Part shown: positions 38,101 to 48,282 of the stretch, one piece after another
Layout: each line of letters starts with the position of its first letter
Numbering within the stretch: position 1 is the stretch's first letter
NCBI GenBank assembly: GCA_040285825.1
Contig: JAUPSS010000005.1
Location: 682,001 to 746,000, forward strand
From: Eukaryota sp. TZLM1-RC
Lineage: Eukaryota > Protista > Metamonada: BaSk clade
Direction: 5' to 3'
Length of the DNA: 64,000 bases
Program-made: the position numbers and the translations under genes
Notes under the pieces: generated by a model
Told to the model about the DNA's origin: nothing
What the model saw: the letters and a program-made list of their open reading frames with translations, nothing else
Database searches by the model: none

Positions 38101-40205
38101 CTCGAACCTATCTCCTCATTACTCAAGAAGTCCAACAAGATTGCCTGGACTAAAGAAGCCGAAGACGCTTTTACAACTATTATCGAATTGATCAAAGAAA
38201 ACATTCCGCTTAACCTACCCGATAGAAACGCTCGTATACTTGTGTCAACAGATGCCTCAGATGTTGACGACCCCAGATGTATCGAACCTGAAATTGATGA
38301 AGAAAACTTGTTTGCTGAACGACTACTTGATGATCCTGCTCTCCACAACCCGCCCAGCTCTAGCGACAATGAAGAATACGATGCTCAAGCTGACTGGACA
38401 TTTAAAGAACCGAACGAAATTTTTGCCAACTGGTTACAACAGTTATATGAAGCCCAACAGAACGCTTTGAACAACGACGACCCACTAATGAAGACTGACA
38501 CTGAAGTAAAAATGATTAACGACGTACCAATCTTAATGAACACTAGAAAGAACAAAATTATTGTGCCTGAACGCTTGAAACGACATGTCCTGCTGACCAT
38601 ACATGGAAGTACTCGCTCTGGTCATCCTCCTAAGAATGAATGTATTAGTACCCTGCTTGCCTCTGATTATTGGTGGCCTAACCATACATACGATATGGCT
38701 GTCCACATCAAGAATTGTATTCCCTGCCAGAAAACCGCTGATGCTATTTATCCTAGAATTCCTGCCTCTGGAAAACTCTGGTCAGACAGACCATTTGATT
38801 GTCTTCATGCTGATGTAATTGGTCCTCTGAATGCAGATACTGAAGACTACAAATATATTCTTGTATTTGTTTGTGCTTTTACTCGATTTACTATATTGAC
38901 TCCGCTGAAGATCCTGAACGCTACTGAAGTCGCCTACGCTATACTATGGAACATAGTTGGAAACTATGGAATACCTGGAAAAATTTTATCTGATAATGGT
39001 CCCGAATTCTCCAATGCTACCATGACTGCTCTCTGTACTTTTCTTAACATTGAAAAATCTTTCTCAGTGCCTTACTTTCATCAAAGTAACGGTTTAGTTG
39101 AACGCCGTCACCGTGAAGTCCTGCAAACCTTAAGAAAACTGCTCCTTGATTTACAAGCTCACTCCAATTGGTCTACCTATATTCCAATCACTCAACTTAT
39201 TATTAACACTAGGAGAAGCAAAATTACTGAATTTACCCCATTTGAACTGATCTTTGGAACTGCTAGAAATCCAAAACAATTGCCTCTTGCCCTTATTCAA
39301 AACGCCACTCTCAATCGATACAACAAAGAACACTCGTATATCCGTGCCCTTAAGAACAAAACCGAAACGCTCTTAAAAAAATGGGAAGAAGCAGAGGCTG
39401 CTCAAGAGATTATTCGCAGAAAACTTTCCTCCAAGAATGCTAAGAATGCTAAACCTCTCAAAGACGACCTTAAGCCTGGTAACCTTGCTTTGAAACTAGC
39501 TGAACGTGCTGCTAAGTTTCATGGAAAATGGTATGGTCCCTTCCTTGTTGAAAAAGTATCCACTCACCCTAAAACTGTACTGCTCCTTAATCTTATCACA
39601 GGTACAAAAACCACTTGCTCCCAACACCTCGTGAAGAAATGTTACTCCGAATATGACTTACAAACTCTAAAAGCTTATGCTTCTACTGACGTTGAAGAAA
39701 ACGTCATTGATAAACTTATAGATCATGACCTCACTGATCTCAATAACCCCGGATACCTTGTCAGATGGATGGACGGCTCCACTACCTGGGAAGGTGAAGA
39801 AATCCAGAAGACTACTGCTTATTTTGCCTATAAGAAGAAGTATATTGAAGACACCCCTGGACGCCCTGCTCGATCGAAGCTGAACAGAAAAGACTCCGAA
39901 AGAACTGCTATTAGAACCGATGCTGCTGAAAAAGCTGAAGCTCATAAGACTGCTGCCCTTAATGCTCGAAGATCCCATAAAATGTCATTAAGACAAAGAA
40001 AGTAAATAGTTGAGTTTAGTTTATTAGCTTATGTTACAATTAAGTAACAAGTCATTTGAAAGAGAAGAAGAAGTGTTAGTTTAGATTGTAGAAAATGACT
40101 TGTGTACTTAATTTATTGTACTTTTCTTTCCTCACTGTTATTGGGGTTCTTTCCTAATAAAAGGTTCTCCCCATTCCATCTACAAAAATGCGCATAAAGC
40201 CAACA
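35171..40205 (+). mobile_element. Ty3/Gypsy chromovirus with both LTRs, nested in an integrase gene
   Basis: 132-bp LTRs 35171-35302 and 40074-40205 (2 mismatches); TSD TAGA, whose removal restores LGIEVSKSVPH in the host integrase; PPT GAAAGAGAAGAAGAAG. Confidence 0.97.
35285..40005 (+). pseudogene. gag-pol polyprotein with one frameshift (~35920) and an in-frame RNase H deletion; C-terminal chromodomain
   Basis: CTFCKTYGHTISHC, IDTAA protease, YIDD RT, STDASDV with no further RNase H, HGS..GH..CIPC, D-D-E integrase, GPF, YLVRWMDGSTTWE. Confidence 0.92.
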
Positions 40206-41209
40206 TAGAGGTCTCAAAGTCCGTCCCTCACTTCTCTCAGTCCAACGGTTTAGTCGAACGCCGTCACCGTGACATTTTGCAGAATTTGAGGAAGCTGCTC
40301 GTAGATTTTAACGCCTGCGACGCATGGTCAGAGTACCCTATGTACAAGATGATCCAAGAGTTCGATTACAGGTTACTCTCCATACGAGCTCATGTTTGGT
40401 TCAGATTTTAGCCCAAGAGCTGACCCCGGCAAAATCATAGAGACCCTCGAAAGCTCAACGTCTGAGTCAACCTACATCAACAACATTCAATCCAAATTTG
40501 CTAGATTAAAGAAGAAACAGGAGGAAGCAGAGCTCCGTCAAGCTTCCAAGGCTCCTCCTCGTGATTCCCAAATCGAAGCCAACCCTTTCTTTCCTGGCCA
40601 ATTGGTCAAACGAGCTTCGTCTTCCACTGCTAAGTTACATGGTAACTACAAAGGACCATTCTTAGTTATTGACACACCCTCTACCTCCACAGCTGACATC
40701 AAGAATCTGTGTACTGGTATGGTTGTTAAAGCCAGTGTGAAGCACCTCCAACCTTGGCATTCCAGTTTACCAGCAGATGATGAATTTCACTCCTGGGTTG
40801 CTGCTGGTGATGCAGAAGAGCACGTGATCCAGAAAGTCCTCAGTCAGGATGGTGATTACTGTCAAGTCCACTGGCCTGGCAATCATATTACCACTGAGCT
40901 GGTTTCGACTGTTCAAAACACCTCTGCCTATAAAGAATTCTCCAAGTCTATTTCTAGTACTCGCTCTCGTCCTTCACGCCGAAAACGTCGTTCTGATAAT
41001 ATTAGCCATAATGTTAATCCAACTCCTATCAGGCCTCGACGCTCGAAAAGAAGAAAGGGCAGTGTTAGCCTTGGATAAAATTTATAATAGTTTATTTATA
41101 GTTTATTAATAGTATTTGTATTATTGAGCCCATGTGCTTAAGTTTAGGGAAATCTTTATTCCCTTGTAATAAATTACATTTAAGGTATACTCAATGTCTA
41201 ACCCCCACA

Positions 41210-42097
41210 GATCATCAGAAGTACTATTGGATCGTTAAGTTAAAGGTTCATGTTTCATTTTTAGAAACTTTCTACAAAGTTACCACAAAATTGTCCGGTT
41301 TCAATTAACGAATTACTTTGTTCTATATGACAAACCTACAGAAAATCATACACGAAGTTATTCGAGTGTGAAACGATGAGTGGAGAAAGCCTATTCTCCA
41401 GAAAATGAATGATAAGATGGCACAATATATGAATTTTATTTCTGACGAAACTGCATATGTAGGAATTGTACTGGATCCCAGAGTCAAAACAGTTACATCC
41501 GACATCAAAAATGATGTCGAGAAAGCCAAAACAATATTAACAATATTATTGGGAATGTTAAGACATAAACAAGAGCAAATAGGTTATATTGTGGAACAAT
41601 CTAGAAATGACGAAGATGAAGATCTTTTCTCTCCTCCCCAAAATAGTAAGAGAATGGCACAGACTTATGTAGAAGAACTTAATATGTATGAGGCAGAAAT
41701 ACCAAGACCTCAATCTATTGATCCACTCGATTGGTGGAAAATCAATGAAAGCAGGTATCCCATATTGGCAGCGTTGGCCAAGGATATTTTTACCATTCAG
41801 GCCAGCTCAGTTCCTTGTGAACAGCTATTCTCGTCTGCAGGTCGTACTCACACAGAGTATAGAGCTTCATTGACTGATGAAACTGTTGAGGCTTTAGTAA
41901 GCCTGAAATCTTAGAGGAAGTATTTTGGTGAAATACAATAATGTAATTCAGTAATTGGATACTTAGGTTATAAATTTTTTATTGGTATTTGTTGAATAAA
42001 CGAGTGAATATGAAAAAAGAATTGAATCATTAAAGCTTAATTAATTTATAGGTTCGGTTCAGGTTCAAAGATCCGAATCGAACCTTAAACAGTCCTA
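41210..42097 (+). mobile_element. hAT transposon 3' remnant
   Basis: VLDPRVK, DPLDWWK..RYP.LA..ASSVPCEQLFSSAG; GGTTC repeats and terminus ...AACAGTCCTA. Confidence 0.8.
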
Positions 42098-42099
42098 CA

Positions 42100-42965
42100 A
42101 AAACCTCAACTTGAGATATATTACATCTTCGCTAGCAGTTGTTTCAGGTGATCAAGGCTCCTCGTTGACCCCTTCTTGTTAGAATAATTGGTTCTCACAA
42201 GACCTGGGGTCGATTCATCCGATCAGGTGTTTCTGGATCATTTAAGATCCTCCATCTCGTTTTCCTCGTACGGCGAATTCAACTTGGCGATGTCTGAGTT
42301 GAAGGTTGATGTCCGTAAGGGCGACGTCCGTGAACGTATGTCCTACTGCCTGAGACGTTTTCCTCAGGCGAAAAGCAGGGCTTCCTGACTGAAACTGCCT
42401 GACTCAGCCTTCATGATCAGATTCGGCAAGGGTATTCTACCAGTAGGACTGCAGAAATCTCTGATTTTTCGAATTCGGACGAGGTATTCCCCGATTTTCC
42501 TACATTGGTGAATACCACAGAGGATGAACTACTTGATTGCACGCAAGTAGCTTCTTGGAACAGGTCTTCAAAGACTGTTTCTGAAAATACTGACTCTGTG
42601 CGTCAAGCTGGTATGAAGTCTCGTTCATCCCATTGGTCTCGCAATTTAACTGACGGGACATGTTTCAAATGTCATCAGAAAGGTCATCTAGCTCGTGATT
42701 GCCCCTCAAAAGTTAAGCACGAAGTAAATCATCTACACCACGTGCCTCAGTATCTCACAAATCCCCTATCTTCATTATGCTAAATGGTTTACGAAACTGT
42801 TGAAAGAAAATGGGAAGAAGTAGTGTTGTTGTTACTGAGAAAATAACTTGGTAGACAGATGTGGAATTCACATAATGACGTGGCACTTGTTCAAGAACAA
42901 GTATTTTTATTAATAAACCGCTCTTTTCTTCTTTTCATCTTTGGTATTTTTGCCTAACGGCATCA
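42100..42965 (+). mobile_element. Second gag-only LTR element (5'-truncated, decayed)
   Basis: gag homologous to 20338-21114 (DPFLLE, RFGKG, CFKCHQKGHLARDC, NPLS); stop at 42783, then purine tract and TGTTG LTR start at 42824. Confidence 0.75.
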
Positions 42966-43369
42966 CTAGTTCATCTCATAATTCTGCCATATGGTTGCAA
43001 AAACTCATTAAAATGTACCCTGTCCATAAAGGTCATCTGGTTCGTCATTACCCATCTAAAAAAAATAAAAAAAATAAATAAATAAAATAAATAAATAAAA
43101 AATAAAAAATAAATAGTAATTCTAAGTATCTGGGTTGTGTTGTGCAAGGTGATGCAACAGCTGATGACACACTTTGAATACCAAAATTGTTCCCCTGCAA
43201 TTGAGAAAATAGAATCAATGTTGCCAAGGTCATTGGTTGAGACAACAATTTAAATAAAAGCTAATAAAAAAATAATAAGAACAAATTAATTCACTTCTGT
43301 TTACCCAACAAAAAACCCAATAATTTATAAAAATAAAATAAATAAGTTCTTGTAAGTAGTAACTAAACG

Positions 43370-43960
43370 AAATATCCAAAAACATGTAGACTTTACAGAC
43401 ACACGTTATCAGATCTTTCTTGACCGTAATCAAGTTCAAACAATTAAAAACTGAATGATTGGTGATTACTCAGTCGTTTATGTATATATTAATAGAGATT
43501 CAAAATAAAGAGAATTACTCTCAATATTTGGTAGAGACTCTGATGAAATAATAAAAGACTTCTATATGTGATAATAAACAACATACATTCAGATTCTACC
43601 TACTGATTAAAAACGGTTCTGCATTAGCAAAAAACGTAAAATTTTAGCAATACGCTAAAATAAGATATTGATAATACCATTAGGTTGACTCAAATGACCA
43701 TCATTAGCAGTTGAATCACGAACAAGAACAGTTTCTAAATCAATAGTAGAATCATTAGCAACAATAGATTGAGATTGTCAACCAACAACTCCTACATCAT
43801 CAAAATCAATATTAGATTTATCAAAGGTAATAAGGGGTTCATCATTAGCACATCCACTAATAACATTACCATCAGAATCAACTGGACCTAAAGTATTGAA
43901 ATTGGAAAAATTCAAGGTTGAGTAATTGGTATTGATAAATGAACCAGTATTAAAATGATG
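43370..43960 (-). repeat. Inverted copy of composite repeat 11815-12410
   Basis: Reverse-complement match of both sub-blocks in the same order. Confidence 0.75.
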
Positions 43961-44699
43961 ATTGACACATAAAATTAAGAAGAAATGACTTGAAAGAAAA
44001 AAGAAATAAAATTCGATTTCAGAATTATTTTGTCCTTTTAGAATCAATGCTTGATTAAAAGGAATCAAATAATCAAAATGTACCCTGAAAAACCAATAAC
44101 TATAAACAAAATAGTCAGAGCGATAAATATGAAATAAGTGGAGTGTTATAAGTCGGCCGACATACTGCCCAATAAATGAATCAAAAGTCTTTCAAAACTG
44201 AGGAAAATTATGATGTTTCACTGTTAAAGACGTACAATAAGTATCAGAAAACACTATTGATCACAGCAGTAGTAAGCGTGACAGTAACAGAAGTTGATGA
44301 AGACAACGAATGCGAACAGACGGCAGGAACGGGTGAGGAACAGGTGAGGAACATCATCCACAACAAACGAACAACAAGAGAAACAAAGAACGTGATCAAA
44401 ATAGTATCACCTCAAGAAGATTGGGACAATGACGACAAGGAATTGGCCAGGGATTTTGAGGTTAACGTATTGAGTGAAGAAGAGAGGGAGCACCATAATG
44501 AGGCAAATATAGCAGATGCGATAGTCGTGAGGCAGATGAGATGACAAACGCCAATGGCAGAGATCCATAACATCTAGGATCAGTAGTAAACAATAATAAG
44601 GACTGTTAGTTCCACTGAAAACTAGAAACCCCAATACTGATAGAGATGGTTCAAATATATAATTATTGAACATTTACGCTTAATTATATTAATTCATTA

Positions 44700-44890
44700 C
44701 TAATGGAACGACATTCATTGAACCAAGATTTCCTCTACAAAATCTTGATCTACTGACTATCTAGCTAAAGCTTCACTAATTCGATTGAAAAACCGAGGTA
44801 ATCTATTAATAATGGCAAATTGTATGCGAGAACGCCATCAAAAATTATCAAATCTTTGAATTTTTTTTCTTGACCCATTTTTTGAAAGTC
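44700..44890 (-). mobile_element. CRE-like 3' end remnant
   Basis: Reverse complement of the 2526-2720 / 57975-58170 family. Confidence 0.7.
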
Positions 44891-45780
44891 ATTAAATTCA
44901 ATTAAAATGAATGGGTCTTTCAAAATTGAGATTGGACTATATTGTATTTATATATACTTGTTATTATTAATAATATACTTCAAAATGCGTTTTTTTTCAT
45001 TGGATTCTGGTAATATTGACCAAAAAGCCAGCAGTTAAAAGGTTTGTGGGGAGCGTTTTACTTTCACAATGCTTGTTCCACCAGACATCGTGGTATATCA
45101 CGTGTTTTAACTGGATCTAGACAAAGTATATTACATCGTCAAAAATAGTTCCTGTTTTGCATTGATGTTTTACTACAGATAATGGGGATCAATTATGATA
45201 TGAAATTAGTTACTAATGATTACTGATATGTTGATCAATTCAGTGATTGGTTAAAATTCGAACAATTTACTTCCTCAACCTAAACAAATAGATTATCTGG
45301 ATGAAAAATAAGAATTTCTTGAAAAATTTCTCCCAAAATAGCCAAATTTAAGGCTTGCGTGTACACTATACTTTGTGAGTATTCCAATATGCTTATGGAT
45401 TGATAATTGGGTAGAGGATAAAAAAGTGCTTTTAGAACTATTGAACAGTTGTTAACTGGTTTGCTAAAATTGATAATTTATTGATTATGATTGATTGCTT
45501 TGATTTGTCGATCTCAACGTTGCATCAATGTTTGGTTATTCACGAGCTGTGTCAATTACTAAACATAAAAGTTATAGTGAATGTAAGCATAAAGTTATAA
45601 GTATGAATTGTAAAGCAAAGCCAAAAAACAGTGTTTATTCTAATGGAAAACAAGGGGATAGAACAAAAATACTCGAGTGGAGTGTCCAAAGGGAAGCATA
45701 ATTTACAAACTCTCGCAAAAATGTATACATTTGCTAGTTGAAATACTTTATGACAAAAGTTCACCAGTTTGAAAAGCGCA

Positions 45781-48114
45781 TTACCTGCTATTCGAAAGAA
45801 TATGTACACGAACTAATTTGAGGTTCCTCTTCTCACCGCAATCCTCTGTCAACAAGAAATGCGTTGCTTCTGCATTTGAAACTTCATCAAACACCAGGAC
45901 GGTAGGGAACAATTCAGTGCTACTGATAGCATGATCGGCAGCTTTGACAGAGGATGCAGTAACTCTGATGTCTGAAGAATGTGGGGTTTGATGGAAAATA
46001 GTGGGTGAAGGGTGCAACCAATCTGGTGGTAAAAGACGCAAAAGGATTTTGGGTTCTGTAACGAAGAAAAACTTCTCAAGACTTGATATGTAATAATCAG
46101 CTTTAAAATCAGCCAAAGAGATTATCTCAATAGAACCAATCAAAGATTCAGAAAAAAATTCTTCAGGAATTTCACCAATTTTGATAATATTGAAAAACAA
46201 ATGTACTGGATTGAATTTGAAAAACAACATATGGGCAGAAATAATCTTTTCCAAACAGTCACAAACCACTTGGGACAAACCAAATCGCTGCTGAAGTTGT
46301 TCTATATCATAATTAGGCGACAGAGAGTCATCATAACAATCAGGTCCAGAAAATCTTTCTGAACAAGATTGAGCATTAAAAGTCCACTTTTTCAAACACT
46401 CCTTCAACTGACGAAAAAAACAGAGTAAAAAGTCCAAATCCTCTGGTGTGAGTGAAACTTTCTTAAAGTAAAAGCGAACAATGCCGACATAAAGGCAACA
46501 AGATAGCAAGGGAACCGCATCTGAATCAATGACCAACTGAGGAGTTGTTGGGGAAAGTAAATCAAAAATGGTGGGGAAAACAGACTTCTGAAAGCTCAGA
46601 GGGCCGTCAAAGACACAGATTTCATCAAACAAATGAAGTAATAAGTTTTGAAGACGTACTGATGTTAAGGAAAATGTACAAGAATCTACGGTCCGAAAAT
46701 GTGGTTCAAGATCAAAAGACCTCTTTAATCGTTTGTAAAAAACACTAAAAGATCGTGAATCCTCTAGAGAAAGAGCTTTATGGCTGTTTAATATACCAAT
46801 CATTGCATTGAGACCCTCCGCAAAATCCTTCGCAGCTGCTCTTTCAGGCCTTGTTGGTGCAAGATCACTGAGTTTGAAGGGAGGACACGTATCGAAATCA
46901 ACAGAATTTCGGAAACGAGATAACACTTTGGGGCGTAGTTGAGAATATTTTGCAGCAAATTGCTGAGTGAAATCAAAAAATTTTGGGGAACAAAATCTTC
47001 TAAAAAACATTAGATAAGAGGGTACATCATTGACGCAAAATTCGAGTTGATCACTGTTCGTGCTAAAATCAGTTGATAAAAGAACGTCATTAAATGAAAT
47101 CTCGGCCTTACATTCAAATGCTCCATACATTGAAAGAAATTTACAACAAGCCAAACAAATAGAACGCGAATCCAAAGTTTGGCGAATTCTTGGGTGAATG
47201 TGAACGACAGGAATTGGAAAACACAAGCAATAATGACACATTGACTTGGAAGAATGAAAGTTGTAGCGAGAACCTGCGAAAAGAAAAGATGAGTAGAATG
47301 ATTTTTCCATATACTTGGTATTGGTTGTGTAAAACTCAGAAAGCGACGATAAAAGAACAAAAAAAGTGCAATTTTCGAGAAAAATCGGCTCTTTTTCTGT
47401 CATTGAAATGGAATCACGATCAAAAAAGTCTAAAACGCACTGGTTAACCTGCCTTGTGAACAACTGACGGTCACATGAGGAAATCACTGTTCGAAGCTTA
47501 GGAAATCGAACCAAACAGTGCTCTTGAAACTGCCGTAGAAGAAAACCTTCATCGGGAAAAACAAGGTCTACAACTACTTTGCAAAACATGCCAATAAACA
47601 AGTAGTAATTATACATTCTTATAGATCTCCATGAATTGACAAGCTTCTTGGCAAAGGAGGGAGCTTGGGACCTCTCTATCTGTTCTTGGAACTCTTCATT
47701 ACGCTTTTTGGACCGTTTGCGCACTTGAGCACGACACACAGCAACCTTCTTAAGTTGATAGCAATCACTGATAAAAGAATGTAAACAGTGCTTTTCAAAG
47801 AGGGTTCGTTCCGAGTGATTTGTGCAGGGGGAAAGATCTGTGTCCTCTTTCAACAAGAATGAAGGAAGCCTACAAAAAAGGAAGAATGGAAGTAGAGGAA
47901 ATGATTGTGGATGAGAGAGAAAAGGTAGGATGATTTCATGATAGTAAAGTGCAATCTCTGGACGGGATGTTTCATAAGTGATGTCAGGCTTATTAAATTG
48001 AGACAAGAGGTTTGAAACGGAAAGGGGATCACTCTCCTTCACTTGACAGTGACATGAAAATATGACATCAAGATGTTGATAATCAAAAACAGAACGGGAA
48101 GGAGTGTTTCCCAT
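45781..48114 (-). CDS. 777-aa protein of unknown function with N-myristoylation motif and a degenerate RING-like Cys cluster
   Basis: Uninterrupted ORF; starts MGNTPS (MGxxxS); CHYC...H...CLACC at about aa 293-325. Confidence 0.75.
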   Translation of the reverse strand: MGNTPSRSVFDYQHLDVIFSCHCQVKESDPLSVSNLLSQFNKPDITYETSRPEIALYYHEIILPFLSHPQSFPLLPFFLFCRLPSFLLKEDTDLSPCTNHSERTLFEKHCLHSFISDCYQLKKVAVCRAQVRKRSKKRNEEFQEQIERSQAPSFAKKLVNSWRSIRMYNYYLFIGMFCKVVVDLVFPDEGFLLRQFQEHCLVRFPKLRTVISSCDRQLFTRQVNQCVLDFFDRDSISMTEKEPIFLENCTFFVLLSSLSEFYTTNTKYMEKSFYSSFLFAGSRYNFHSSKSMCHYCLCFPIPVVHIHPRIRQTLDSRSICLACCKFLSMYGAFECKAEISFNDVLLSTDFSTNSDQLEFCVNDVPSYLMFFRRFCSPKFFDFTQQFAAKYSQLRPKVLSRFRNSVDFDTCPPFKLSDLAPTRPERAAAKDFAEGLNAMIGILNSHKALSLEDSRSFSVFYKRLKRSFDLEPHFRTVDSCTFSLTSVRLQNLLLHLFDEICVFDGPLSFQKSVFPTIFDLLSPTTPQLVIDSDAVPLLSCCLYVGIVRFYFKKVSLTPEDLDFLLCFFRQLKECLKKWTFNAQSCSERFSGPDCYDDSLSPNYDIEQLQQRFGLSQVVCDCLEKIISAHMLFFKFNPVHLFFNIIKIGEIPEEFFSESLIGSIEIISLADFKADYYISSLEKFFFVTEPKILLRLLPPDWLHPSPTIFHQTPHSSDIRVTASSVKAADHAISSTELFPTVLVFDEVSNAEATHFLLTEDCGEKRNLKLVRVHILSNSR

Positions 48115-48282
48115 TGTGTGAGAGCAAAATTAGGGTTAGAAATCCGACCAGTCGGACATTCTCCGACCCAATGGCCAACAGGAACGACCTCAGTTGAGAT
48201 TTCAAACACTGTTCAAAAGTTTACAAAAAAAAGTATCCAATCATCTTCTTCAGATGACTTTATCATCAGTTCTTTCTTTTTC

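Larger units (their letters stand above)
31460..41209 (+). mobile_element. 5'-truncated Ty3/Gypsy element whose integrase is split by two nested insertions
   Basis: RT end, RNase H and IN start at 31460-32772; IN core 34963-35170; IN end and chromo-like domain 40206-41078; PPT and putative 3' LTR 41063-41209 (TG...CA), with the stop codon inside the LTR. Confidence 0.9.

Noticed and set aside
43056-43115. AAAT-rich tract and the hydrophobic ORF 43048-43248
   Set aside because: Low-complexity sequence producing a spurious ORF.
11815-43960. Polinton/Maverick or endogenous virus bounded by the inverted repeats
   Set aside because: No pPolB, capsid, packaging ATPase or adenain ORF between them; most of the content is explained by LTR, hAT and MULE elements.
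44133-44672. Solo LTR or gene around the acidic 122-aa ORF and the GTCGGCCGAC palindrome
   Set aside because: No matching TSD, no second copy in the window and no recognisable domain.
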